Counted from the first letter of the stretch, positions 1-11,135 are shown. The stretch is 64,000 nucleotides of DNA from an uncultured Gemmatimonadaceae bacterium (GCA_963829055.1 CAWHHI010000016.1:736001-800000), one strand, 5' to 3'. Notes: generated by a model not told the origin, from the sequence alone. Numbers and translations: made by a program.

Positions 1-708
1 GCCTGCAGGGCGCCGCCGGCCAACAGCCGGTCGTACAGACCGTGGCGGGCAGCGCGGATGGCCGCGTTGTTCTTCATGACCTGCAGCCCTTTCGTTTTCT
101 TGCTCGGGTGCAGCGCGACGGCGAAGACGTTGACGAGCACGTATGACCGCGTTAGGCCGAGCTTCGCGAGGAAGCCCTGCGTCTTCTGCCCGGAGTCGCC
201 GACCAGCGTGCGGCGCATGAACGGCAGGCATTCGGTCGGGCCGGGGTCCGAGGCGATGCACAGCACGCGCGCGGTCCCGTCCAGGCGCCCGCGGTAGAGG
301 ACCGGGCCCGAAGTCATACCAGAAGGTCGTCGCGTCGCCGACCTCGGCGCGGTAGTCGGGGGTGGAGTCCATGAACGCCTTCATCGCGCCGGTCGGGCCG
401 GGGTCCGACTGCGCCATCTCCGCCGGCGGGATCGGGCGCAGCACGGACCGCTTCAGCTCCAAGGTATCGCCGTCGACCGTGCCCGTGAGGAGACCCCGCT
501 TCACGATCGTGAGTTCGACGACGGACCCGCCCCCGGTTCCCCGAAAGGTCTTCGCCGCCGGGTCACCCTTGAGGTTCCACCGCTGGCCCGCCAGTGACAG
601 CGTCCCCTTTGTGGCGTTCTTCATCCGGAGCGTCGCCTCCCCGACGACCGCTCCCGCGCGCGTCGCTTCGAAGTACCCTGTGGCGCCGATCGTGACTGGG
701 GCCGCCAT
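1..708 (-). CDS. Uracil-DNA glycosylase superfamily protein with ~100-aa N-terminal extension; runs off the window edge, one frameshift near 305
   Basis: Not in the ORF track; translated by hand. ATG at 708 with GGAGG RBS: MAAPVTIGATGYFEATRAG...FWYDFG/PVLYRGRLDGTARVLCIASDPGPTECLPFMRRTLVGDSGQKTQGFLAKLGLTRSYVLVNVF, which resembles the UDG-like motif pattern (YRGRLDG, xDP, LVGxxG, YVLxN). Confidence 0.7.
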   Translation of the reverse strand, partial: MAAPVTIGATGYFEATRAGAVVGEATLRMKNATKGTLSLAGQRWNLKGDPAAKTFRGTGGGSVVELTIVKRGLLTGTVDGDTLELKRSVLRPIPPAEMAQSDPGPTGAMKAFMDSTPDYRAEVGDATTFWYDFGPGPLPRAPGRDRARAVHRLGPRPDRMPAVHAPHAGRRLRAEDAGLPREARPNAVIRARQRLRRRAAPEQENERAAGHEEQRGHPRCPPRSVRPAVGRRRPAG

Positions 709-725
709 GTCCGCCTCCCGTGTTG

Positions 726-839
726 TTACGTCCCGCGTTGAATCGTTAGGCGTCGCCGCTGCAGGGCGGTGCCGCCGGAGAACTCGACCACCTCGACGAC
801 GCTGCGCCGCTTGCCCGCCCTGCCCTGCTTGGTGGTCAT
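726..839 (-). CDS. Possible small ORF (37 aa) coupled to the amidohydrolase stop
   Basis: ATGA overlap with the amidohydrolase TGA at 836-839; MTTKQGRAGKRRSVVEVVEFSGGTA...; may be frameshifted or spurious. Confidence 0.3.
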   Translation of the reverse strand: MTTKQGRAGKRRSVVEVVEFSGGTALQRRRLTIQRGT

Positions 840-2377
840 GCGTAGAACCCCGCGAGTCCGTCGAGCAGCGTCCCGTGGAAGCCCCGCCCCTTGATCGCCT
901 TGAAGAACGCGGCGTCGTGCACGAGCGAGGGCAGCGGCGGGATCACGATCTCCGCCGCGCGGTCGACGATATCGCCGGCGGGACCGAACCCGCCGGCGGG
1001 CATGTCGAGCACCAGCTCGAGCGGCGCGTCCGCCGCATCCAGCGGGCCCGCGAACGCCCGACGCCGCCGGTCCGCATGTGTAAGGGCTGCGACGGGGTCC
1101 TTGCGGACGGCATCGAGCCGGCCCTTGATGTCCTTCCACGACCACGCGTCGGCCGGCGCCTTCGGGTCGGCGATCGCGAACCGCCGCGGGATGCCCCGCA
1201 CGGTGACCGCGCTGGACTTCGTGAGCGCGGCTTGCGTCATCAACTTCGGCGTCGCCGTACCGCGGGATGCCACCGTACACCACCAGCATGACTTCGCGCT
1301 CCGTCGACTCGACGATCTGCGTCCACACGCTCTTGGTCCCGCTCGCGCGGAACACGGCGACGTCGCCTAACGCGCCCGGTTCGAGGCGGCCGACCGTCGT
1401 GCCCCAGCACCGCGAGAGGGCGTCACCCGGGTTGGTCGTCACCATCGAGACGAGTTCACGATCGGTCAGCCCGAGACCGAGCTTCTGGCTCGCAAGCCTC
1501 GCGACCTTGAGCTCCCCTTGTACGTTCTTTGTGCCGGACGGGCCCCAGTCGGACCCGATGCAGACCGACACGCCCTGCTCGCGCGCGGCCTCGATGTCCG
1601 TCGTCGTGCCGTAGAGCCAGAAGTTGGAGAAGGGCGACCAGACGACCGCGCCCGCCTTGGTCTTGTCCCAGCGCTGCCAGTCCGCCGCGGTGACCGCGTT
1701 GCAGTGGATGCCGATGAACGTTTTCTCCAGGCAGCCGGCGTTCGACGCATCAATGAACTCGCGGGCGACCAGCGAACCCGGCTGCCCCTCGGCGCAGTGG
1801 TAGATGAACCCGGCGCCCTGTTTCTGCGCCTGGGCGATCTTGCCTAGCTCGAGCGCGTCCAGGGTTAGCGTCGAGGTGCGAATGCGATTGCGGTCCGTAC
1901 CGCCGGCTGTCTCGTCGTCGACGTTACGGAGCGCCTGCACGAACTTCCGGTTGGCACTCGGCCAGCCTTGGATCGAGGTCGTCCCACCGACCAGGGCGCG
2001 GAGTTGCACGTAGGCGAGGACCGCTTCGGGCGCCGCCTGCACCAATGCGCGGGACGGGCCAGCTGATCGACGACTGATACGTCGGGGAGCTCGTCCAACT
2101 GTTGTGGTGGGCGAAGGCGATCTTCTGCTTCGGTTCCGCCCAGAGTGGCAGGGCGTTGTAGCCGATGTGGTTGTGCAGGTCGATCAGGCCCGGGACGCAC
2201 GAACGCGTTTCCGACGTCGAGGACCGGCGCGGCTGCGAACCCGCTCGGCGCCGGATCGGCGCCCTTCGTCACGCGGTCGATGCTCCCGTCGTCGGCGATG
2301 AACACCCGGCCTTGGAATACAGCGTCGGGATCGGAGCGGTCAAACGCGACTACGCGACCGGATATGACCAGCGCCAT
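836..2377 (-). CDS. Metal-dependent amidohydrolase (nucleoside/nucleobase deaminase-like, MtaD/GuaD superfamily); ~3 frameshifts
   Basis: ATG 2377 with GGAGGT RBS (MALVISGRVV); joined frames give PGLIDLHNH, GGTTSIQG, IYHCAEG, GIHCNA, WSPFSNFWLYG, IGSDWGPSG, GRLEPGALGD; ends GLAGFYA* at 836. Confidence 0.85.
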
Positions 2378-2812
2378 GGCACCTCCGAGTGTTTGTATTA
2401 TCGCCCCGCCGGAGCGATCGACGCGCCCATTCGGTCTGGCCAACGGGCTTCTTGGACAGGAAGTCGGCCGCCAACCCCTTCTCTCCTCATCAGGACGTGT
2501 CGAATGCGAACAATCTGGCGCGGTTCGACGTTCAAGTCATCTAATCGCGGAGCGCAATTCGTAGCGCGCTACCAGCGCTGATACGACCGAGGCGCTCCTG
2601 TTGGCTTTATTCGCGGCGGACTAACGAGCTCCAACACCGGTCGCTCGTCGCTTTCGGCCGCGATGAGTCGGAATACCCATGTCGCGACACGGCGGGAAAA
2701 CCCAGTGGCGCGTCCGTCAAACCTAGCGAGAACGTTCTCACCAACGGACTCGAAGTGGCGGCGTACTGTAAGCAGCAGTACGCGTGCGTCCATTTTTCGG
2801 AGATCACCGACA

Positions 2813-4792
2813 ATGCGTACCTCTGCACTCGTCGTCATTCTCGCCATTGCGCCGGGGCAACCGACGAGCCGCACCGCGGCATCCGGTGCAGAGTGTCGCC
2901 ATCTGCCGGCGGCTCCGTCTGCTCGAGCAGTTGCCAACGATAACCGGTCTGCTGCTGGTACGGTCCGCGACGGTGTGCTCACGGTCAGACTCGTCGCGCA
3001 CAACGTCGCATGGCGTCCTGACGGAGCGAATGGTTGTGCGCTGACAGTCAACGCCTTCTCTGAGGAAGGGCGACAGACGCAGATCCCGGGGCCGCTCGTT
3101 CGAGTGCGCGCGGGAACCGAAGTGCGCGTGAGCGTCCGCAACGCACTGACGAAGAGCCTCTGGGTTCGGGGACTCCAGGACCGCGCCCCCGGCGTACTGG
3201 ACTCCACCGAGATCGCTCCCGGAACAAGTCACGACTTCCGCTTCATCGCGAACACGCCAGGAGCTCGGTCCTACTGGGCGGGTCGCATCGATGCGGGCTT
3301 TCCCGTCTCCGACGCGGACGGACAACTCGTCGGAGCATTGGTGGTCGATCCACCGAACGAGGCGGGCAGCAAACCGGTGCGTGACCGCGTCATGGTACTC
3401 ACGCGATGGACCCCGGGCGGCACGCCGGAGAACCGGGGCTTCCAGGTGAATGCGTTCAACGGACGCTCATGGCCAAATACGGAGCGCCTGACCTACACGG
3501 CCGGCGACTCCGTGTTCTGGCACGTGATCAACGGGTCGGACGTTAGACACGAGATGCATTTGCACGGCTTCTACTTTCGAACCGATGCGGCCGGATTCGT
3601 CATGGAGGACGCGGGCCCGCCGCGCCTCAGCACGGGCGGAATGCGGGTGACCACCGCGTTAGGCCCAGGCATGTGGACGTCCATCGCCTGGTCGCCGGAT
3701 CGACCGGGGAACTGGCTCTTCCACTGCCACCTGCTGACGCACATGAGCGGCGCCCAGCGGCTCAATCGAATGCCCGGGGCGAGCGCCGCGAGCGCGGCTC
3801 ATGATCACGCGCCAGGCGCCGCCGCCAATCACGCGCTCGACGACATGGGCGGACTCGTGCTCAGTCTCGAGGTGCGTCCGTCTCGCGCGGCGACCGTGGC
3901 GGCGAGCGGGAACCCTGCTGCACCGCCACCGCGCCGGTCCATCGATATTTTCGCCGGCAAACGGGCCCGCACGTTCGGCGAGGCTCCGGGATATGGTTTC
4001 GTCGCGCAGGAAGGGTCCGAACCGCCCGCCCTCGATTCGATCCGGATCCCCGGTTCGCCGCTCATCCTGACGCGGGGAGAGCCGGTCCGCATCACAGTGC
4101 ACAACCGCCTAACGACTCCGCTCAGCGTGCATTGGCACGGGATCGAGCTGGACAGCTACTTCGACGGCGTCGGCGATTTCAGCGGCGCCGGGAAACGAAT
4201 TGCCCCGATGATCGCTCCCAACGACTCGTTCGTCGTGCGTTTCACGCCGCCGCGCGCCGGGACGTTCATGTATCACACGCACGGCGAGAGCGGCGAGGAA
4301 TTGGCCTCGGGTCTCTACGCGCCGTTGATCGTGCTCGAACCCGGCGCGACGTTCGACGCGCGAACGGACCGCGTCTTCATGTTGGCCGACGGCGGTCCCG
4401 GCGAGGGAAAGCCGATCTTCGTCAACGGCACCAGCACGCCCGACAGCACGCAGATGGTGGTCGGAACCACGTATCGCCTTCGCTTCATGGCCATCTCAGC
4501 CAACGAGGCGTTCGTGAGCGCGATGATCGGCCCCAGCGGCCCGGTGTCGTGGAAGCCGCTCGCGGTCGACGGCTACGAGGCGTCGTCGATTGCCCAATCG
4601 ACCGCCAGGCCGGCGCGGTACATCGCCGGCCCGGGCAAGACGACCGATGTCGCGTTCACCCCCGCGACACCCGGCGACTATGCGTTAGTGGTCGGGCAGA
4701 GCGTCGGCGGCGGTACCGCCACGAAAGGCCCCACGACGACGGTTCCGATTCGGGTCCGCGCTAACGCATCGGCTGCTCCAGGCTCGCGTTGA
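2813..4792 (+). CDS. Secreted multicopper oxidase-domain protein (four cupredoxin domains)
   Basis: ORF 2663..4792; likely start MRTSALVVILAIA (signal-like). Copper motifs HEMHLHG, WLFHCHLLTHM, SVHWHG, FMYHTH. Confidence 0.85.
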   Translation: MRTSALVVILAIAPGQPTSRTAASGAECRHLPAAPSARAVANDNRSAAGTVRDGVLTVRLVAHNVAWRPDGANGCALTVNAFSEEGRQTQIPGPLVRVRAGTEVRVSVRNALTKSLWVRGLQDRAPGVLDSTEIAPGTSHDFRFIANTPGARSYWAGRIDAGFPVSDADGQLVGALVVDPPNEAGSKPVRDRVMVLTRWTPGGTPENRGFQVNAFNGRSWPNTERLTYTAGDSVFWHVINGSDVRHEMHLHGFYFRTDAAGFVMEDAGPPRLSTGGMRVTTALGPGMWTSIAWSPDRPGNWLFHCHLLTHMSGAQRLNRMPGASAASAAHDHAPGAAANHALDDMGGLVLSLEVRPSRAATVAASGNPAAPPPRRSIDIFAGKRARTFGEAPGYGFVAQEGSEPPALDSIRIPGSPLILTRGEPVRITVHNRLTTPLSVHWHGIELDSYFDGVGDFSGAGKRIAPMIAPNDSFVVRFTPPRAGTFMYHTHGESGEELASGLYAPLIVLEPGATFDARTDRVFMLADGGPGEGKPIFVNGTSTPDSTQMVVGTTYRLRFMAISANEAFVSAMIGPSGPVSWKPLAVDGYEASSIAQSTARPARYIAGPGKTTDVAFTPATPGDYALVVGQSVGGGTATKGPTTTVPIRVRANASAAPGSR

Positions 4793-5040
4793 CTGACGAA
4801 CGAGACGCTACAACTGTGCTTGGTGGAACAGCACGTAACGAGTGCGTTAGGCGCCTCGCATCGGCGTTTACGCCCTGAGTTACAGCCGCGTTGTGCATCG
4901 TCTGCGACGGAGACACGCGATGGCGGCTTGTGGCCACTGACGTCGAAACAGCTTGCGATCGTGGCAACCGCTTCGTTGAGGTTCATCTATGATTGGGCGC
5001 TCCCTCTCCTCACGCGACGTCACACCTTGAAGGGGTCATC

Positions 5041-5515
5041 ATGGGCATCAATACCGGACGCGTCATCGTCGGTGGCCTAATCGCGGGCGCCATCAGACTC
5101 GTAGGTGATGGTGTAACAACCGCGTTAATCTTCGCCCCCGTCTACGGGGCCGAGATGGCCAGGGTGAGTCCCGGCGCCGCCCGCCCCATCGGCGATGATC
5201 GGCGTCGTTACAATCAACCTCCTCTTGGGAATTGCGCTGGTGTTCGTGTACGCGGCCATGCGACCACGCTTCGGTCCCGGCGCCGGAACCGCGGTCAGGG
5301 CAGGCCTGACGCTGTGGTCCGTCGCGGCACTGGTCTGGGGCGTCACGGTCACGATGGGCATTTTCTCGTTGGGTTTTTGGATCGCGAGATCCATAGGATC
5401 GCTCGTGACGGTGCTGCTGGCGGCCTACGTCGGCGCGATGCTCTATAAGGAAGCAGAGGACGCACCGCGGGCGGCACCGTCAAGGGAGCGGCCCGCGGCG
5501 GCGCCCACGCTCTAA
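5041..5515 (+). CDS. Uncharacterised ~4-TM membrane protein; frameshift near 5180
   Basis: MGINTGRVIVGGLIAG... joins ...LLGIALVFVYAAMRPRFGPGAGTAVRAGL...GAMLYKE; hydrophobic helices; AAGGGG RBS-like sequence. Confidence 0.7.
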
Positions 5516-5638
5516 CGACAAACGAGCAGGATCGGAGCGGGGACGCAGGCCCGGGCGCGCGCCTGTGAACGAATGGACCATTGTCCACAACGTGGCACGC
5601 GGGAACGACGAACGCATGGGCGCCGTTCGGTTCTCTCT

Positions 5639-5710
5639 ACCGGTGTGATCGAGCGCATAGCGTTTGCGTGATCTGCGTTTTTGCGCCCGGAGTTAACACC
5701 GGAGTCAACG
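5639..5710. repeat. ~72-bp direct repeat, copy B' (other copy at 11969-12040)
   Basis: Near-identical ggtgtgatcgagcgcatagcg..tgcgtgatctgcgtttttgcgcccggagttaacaccggagtcaacg at both loci. Confidence 0.95.
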
Positions 5711-5887
5711 CTCTGCTGACCCCGCGATCAACCTGAGGCGGCGCAGAGAGCGGGGGTGGGGCTCGCCATCAACCGTCGCATCGCCCGACTCCTGGGCGGC
5801 GACGTGACCGTCCAGAGCGAGGTCGGCCGGGGCTCGAGCTTCACTCTCCGGGTGCCGCGGTCCGGCCCGCAAGAACCGGCGCCCTGA
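5711..5887 (+). pseudogene. 3' remnant of a histidine kinase HATPase domain
   Basis: Hand translation ...[44 protein letters not shown]; no start codon; begins immediately after repeat B'. Confidence 0.75.
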
Positions 5888-5912
5888 GCGTTCCGGCCTA
5901 ACGTCCGACGCA

Positions 5913-7050
5913 TCACACTGGCAGCTCGAACCAGAACGTACTGCCTGCGACTCACGCGGGAATCGACCCCGATGGTCCCGCCATGGGCTTCGATGGCCAG
6001 CTTGCAGAAGGCAAGCCCCAGCCCCGCGGAGTGGTAGCTCCTCGCCCATTGAGTCTCGACCGACTCGAACTTCTCGAAGATTCTCTCTCGGGCTTCCGCG
6101 GGCACTCCGGGACCCTCGTCGTGCACGGCGACACGAACACGGTCGTCCCCGCCGGCAATGGAGATACGCAGACGGCTGCCCGACGGCGTGTGCCCGATAC
6201 CGTTGGCGACGAGGTTCTCCACCACCCGCCGGACCAGAGCGCCATCACAGTTCACGGCCACCACCCCCGGGCTTTCGATGTCGATGTGCCGGTCGCGGTC
6301 CAGCGTTCCCAGCGCCGAACGCACGTCGCAGGCCATCTGCGTCAGGTCCCACACCGCGCGCTGGAGCGGCATCTTGTCGTCTTCGAGCCGGCTCACGTCG
6401 AGCAGGTTGTTGGCCATCCGGTTGAGCGCTTCCGCCGACTGGATCGCATCCTCCAGCGTCTCGCGGCTCTCGTCGTTGAGAGCGGATCCCGGCCGCTTCA
6501 GGACGCGGAGGTTGACGAGCAGCGCCAGGAGCGGCGACCTCATGTCGTGCACGACCATGTGCACGAGATTGTCGCGCAGCTGTTCGAGGCTGTGCAGACG
6601 CCGGTAGCTGCCCGCCAGCGCGACCCGCGCCTGCCTGAGGGTGACGTGCGTCTTCACTCGCGCCAGCACTTCCTCGAGCTGAAACGGCTTGGTCACGTAG
6701 TCGACGCCACCGGCGTCGAACGCCCGCACCTTGTCCGCGGTGTCGGTCAACGCCGTCAGGAAGATCACCGGCACGTCCTTCGAGCGATCGCGTGCCTTGA
6801 GGCGTCGGCACACCTCGTAGCCGTCCATCTCCGGCATGTTGATGTCCAGCAGGATGACATCGGGCGGGTCGCGCTCCACCGCCTCGAGCGCCTGCGGGCC
6901 GTTGGTCACGGCCCGCACGTCGTAACCCTCCTCACTCAGCATGTTCGACAGCAGCCGCAAGTTCTCGATCGTGTCGTCGACCACCAGCACGCACGCTGGA
7001 GAAGCCGCTTCCTGATTCAGCGCGGTGTCTGCCGAGGTCTCATGCGTCAT
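5913..7050 (-). CDS. Hybrid response regulator/histidine kinase (REC-HisKA-HATPase); frameshift near the 3' end
   Basis: [63 protein letters not shown], then [10 protein letters not shown] in the adjacent frame. Confidence 0.9.
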
Positions 7051-10000
7051 CGCGCGTTCTCGATGGCAGCGCCGACACCAGTGTGCCATACTCGAAGTTT
7101 CGGGCCAGCAGTCGAATCTCGGCCGAGACGGCTTCTGAATGTTCCTCCGCCTGATCGGCGAGCGCTTCGAGCCGCTTGGCGCGGCCCTCGAGCGCTGCAT
7201 CCCGCAACTGATCTATCAGCGCCGATGGCAGGCTGCTGAACTGCTGCAATAGCGTCGTTCGTCCGACGGGTTTGCGGTGCGCGACCGACGAGTCGCCACC
7301 CGTCGATGCATACACGTAACGCACGCCGAGACGCTCACCAATGAGCGAGAGCAGCTCGCTCGCGCGGTACGGTTTCCGCACGAACGCATCGACACCGGCT
7401 TCGCGCGCCTCGCCTTCGGTGTCGGCCAGACCGCTCGCCGTGACGGCGATGATCGTGGCCTTCGACCGACTCTCTCGTAACCGCCGCACGGCTTCGAGTC
7501 CGCTCATGCCGGGCATGCGCACATCCATGAGCACGAGATCGGGCTGCCACTCGTGGTGCATAACGATGGCTTCCTCGCCGCTCGCTGCCATGCGTGTGGT
7601 GAAGCCTATCCGCGACAACAGCTCGTCGAGTAGATCGCGGTTGGTCGCCACGTCGTCCACGATGAGCACTTTCCAGGCGGGTTCATCCTGGGCGAGCCCC
7701 ACCGGTAGCGGACTCACGACGGGTGACGAGACCGCGCTGACCGACGTGGTGGCCGCCTCGAACCGGAATGTGAACACGCTGCCTTTCCCGGGCGTGCTCT
7801 CCACGACGACGTCTCCGTCCATCAGGCGCGCGTAGTTCCTGCTGATGGCGAGCCCCAGCCCGGTGCCGCCCTTGCCGACCCTCGGACTCCGCCTGATGAA
7901 ACGCGTCGAAGACTCTGACGAGGTCCTTCTCGCTCGATGCCCGGCCCGGTGTCCTCGACGGTGATGACGACGGCGTGCCGGTCCACTCCCGCCGGGCGAG
8001 AAGAGGCGTGAACGGCGACTCGCCCGCGCTCGGTGAACTTGACGGCGTTGCTCAACAGGTTGATCACGACCTGTCGGACCTTCCCCTCGTCGCCCAGGAG
8101 CACACGCGGCAGCTCGGCATCCTGCTCGAACGTGAGCTCGAGTCCCTTGTTCTCCGTCAGCTCGCGGAACATCCACTTCACGTCGTTCAGCAGCGCGTGC
8201 AAGGCAAATGGTTCGACCGCCAGCCTCGCACGACCCGCCTCGATCTTCGACATCTCCAGAATGTCGTTGATCAACGTCAGCAGATGATCGCCGCTGGAGT
8301 GGATGATGTCGATCTTCCGCTTCTGATCGTCGCCAAGCGCCTCGTCGTGCCGAAGCAGTTGTGCATAGCCGAGGATGGCGTTCATCGGCGTGCGGATTTC
8401 GTGGGACATGTTGGCGAGGAAGGCGCTCTTCGCCTGACTGGCGCCTTCTGCGACCTCCTTGGCGGTGCGAAGCTCCGTCGTGCGGCTGGTGCACGAGCTC
8501 CTCCACTCGCACCTCCAGCTCGCGGACGAGCTGTTCGCGTTCGCGCTCGGCGCTGATCAGATCCGTCACATCGCGGTTGATACCGACCATACGAATGGGC
8601 CGGCCCTCCGTACTGCGGATGGTCTGCGCCACGCCGCGAATGATGCGGATGGCACCGTCCCGTCGCCGCACCCTGAAATCGGACATGTACTCGCGGTCGC
8701 CGCGAAGCGCGGCCTCGACGTCAGCGGTGGCGCGCGCGACGTCTTCCGGCAAAAGGCACCGTGACCACGCGTCGAGAGCGCCGCTGAACTCGTCCGCGCG
8801 AACACCATAGAGCCGGTACATGGAGTCGTCCCACACGAGGCGGTCCTGCTCCACGTCCCAGTCCCAGATTCCGAGACCAGCCGCGTCGACGGCGAGCTGC
8901 AGGCGATCTTCGCTCTCGCGCAGACGACCTTCGCTTTCCTTCAGCTCGCGCTCGCGACTCTTCCGTGTCTCGACCTCTCCGACCAGATCGTCGAACGACG
9001 TCTTGAGCCTGCCGGCCATGTCGTTGAACGATTGCGCGAGCGCACCCAGCTCGCCCAGCTTGCTGCCCGGCACCCGCGCGCTCAGGTCTCCGCGAGCCAT
9101 GGCCTGGCTAGCGCGCGCCACGCGCCGGAGCGGCGCGGTCACCGTCGACGCCAGCGCGGCGGCCAGGACGAGGGAGAGCACCAGCGCCACCGCGAACACC
9201 ATCGCGGAACGACTGCTCGCCATCCGCAGGCCCGCCATATAGAACGCTTGAGGCGTGGCCGTGACCAGAATCCAGTGACGGCCGGCGCTGTCGTCGCGAT
9301 ACGTCGTTGCGTAGGTCAGCCACGTGTCCCGCGAGGGCGGCTTCGCCGTCACGTGGTCGAAGCGGAACTCCCTCGCGACTGTGGACATGCTCCGGACACC
9401 CTGCCGGCTCAGGCCCGCGATCGCACTCGCCACCACTGGGTCGTCGTACGGAAGCCGACGAAGCGACAACCGCACCCGCGCTGTCGAGGATGAACGCGCG
9501 ACCATCGGTGCCGGCAGCCTGGCTTCGGAGCAACGCGACGAACGTGTCTTTGTGTCGGGCGTCCATCGGCAGCGGCGATTGCGCGAGGTAATCATCCAGC
9601 CGCATGCGAAGATTCGCCGACAACTGCTCATGGAGCTTCGTGGCCAACCTCTCCGCATCATCGTCCGCGCTCCGCAGGGCGACAGTCGCGGTGCCGCCAA
9701 CCATCAGGAGCACCAGCGCGATGAACGGCGTGAAGATGAAGATCCGGATCGGCAGGCCTTCCGTGCACCGGGACCGGGTCACCTCGGGCCTCCCCGCGAC
9801 CCGACTTCCCAGATCCATTCGCTGCTTCCAATCGCGCGTTCTCTGACGTGTCCGGGGATCTCAGCCCAGAACCATCCGAACCGCCTCGCCACGGGCAGCG
9901 CGACCAGAAACGCAGCCGGGGCGAGGAGCCACGTCACGATCAACGTGAAGGCCAGCGCTGACGAGATGTTCCGGTAGGAAATAGCGGACGTGAATTGGGC

Positions 10001-10570
10001 CGAGCAGATGAACCCCCACATCACCGGGTCGAACAGCATGATCAACGCGACGAACACGGCGTAGCGCCGCCACGTTTGCATGCGGCGGAAATCCGGGTTT
10101 CGACCGATGAGCTGATAGGCCATCCACACGAAGGCCGTCCAAAAGAAATAGCCCTCCGCCCAACTGAGGACGAAGCCTGGCGGCACTCCCTCGATCAGAT
10201 CCGAGAGCATGTACGCCGGCGGGACGGCGATCAGCGCGGGATAACCGAAGAGCACGATGCACAGCAGGACGACCAGGTCTTTCAGGGACTCGAATGTCTG
10301 TGCACCCGGCACCAGCACGATGGACGATCCGACGTAGCCGCTTGCGCTGACAGGACGAACGTCAGAGGCATAGCCAGGAACGCCTTCGTGTCCCACCGCT
10401 GCTGCTTCCGGCCGAACTTGCCACCGCTCGCCGATTCGGAAGGTGAAGCCGCCGTACGCACAGACCGCCAACACCAGGCCGGCGAGATAACTGAATCGAC
10501 CCCACACCTCCAGCAGCGGGAGTGGGATGGCGGCGACGATCGCCTCGAGCCAGTTGATGACAGCGGTCAT
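7040..10570 (-). CDS. Large hybrid sensor kinase: multi-TM N-terminal domain, periplasmic/Cache-like region, HAMP, PAS, HisKA, HATPase, REC; several frameshifts
   Basis: Joined ORFs 9779..10570, 9108..9818, 7040..9700 and 7822..8409: [13 protein letters not shown] (HAMP), GIWDWD...[10 protein letters not shown] (PAS), [43 protein letters not shown]...[13 protein letters not shown]. Confidence 0.85.
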
Positions 10571-10940
10571 GACCGATTACCTCGGCGACCGTTGCTCGAT
10601 CGCCGGAACCTTCGGTCAGTATTCACGATTCAAACGCTCACCACAATTCCCGAATCTGGCGGGACCCGACTCGGCCGAAAGGGCCGACTCGTACGGGGTC
10701 GGAGGGCCACACCGTGGCGCAGCCGACAGCCACGCAGCCCAGCAGTCCCCGTGCCGGCGGCGAGCGTACGGGGAATGCGTTAGGAGGCGCGCACGGGAGT
10801 GGGCGGCGTGCCCGCCTAACGTCTGACTGCTGGGACTGCCTCAAGGTCGCGCGGTCCTGACGACTTTCATATTGGACCAAGGTCGGACAATGCGTCCCGA
10901 GCACATTGCCGACCTCTGTTCGGCGTTCATCCCTCCCCGC

Positions 10941-11135
10941 CGCCCAAGGGATTCGTCAGGACGTTGTACATTCGCGATGGGCTCTCGACGAACGGACAGC
11001 AGGAACGGACAGCACGGCCGATTTGCCGGGAAAACAACGCCCCGCCTAACGTCGGAACGTCAAACGGGGCATACGCGATGGGGCGAGATTCGAACTCGCG
11101 GTAGCTTTCAGTACACACGCTCTCCAGGCGGCGCC
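10941..11135 (-). repeat. Degenerate copy A' of the 3' half of tRNA-Ser(GGA) plus ~130 bp of its downstream flank (att-like)
   Basis: Aligns by eye with 12135-12329; includes CCTGGAGAGCGTGTGTAC...GCGAGTTCGAATCTCGCCCCATC from the anticodon arm onward. Confidence 0.92.

Noticed and set aside
5904..10777. Absence of the octamer in the two-component cassette as proof of foreign origin
   Set aside because: It is the longest gap (~4.9 kb), but gaps of 3.5-3.9 kb occur in core regions and one such gap is expected by chance at this density. Suggestive only.
11075..11135. A third tRNA-Ser gene
   Set aside because: Only the 3' half is present, with indels and a broken acceptor stem; it is an att-like fragment.
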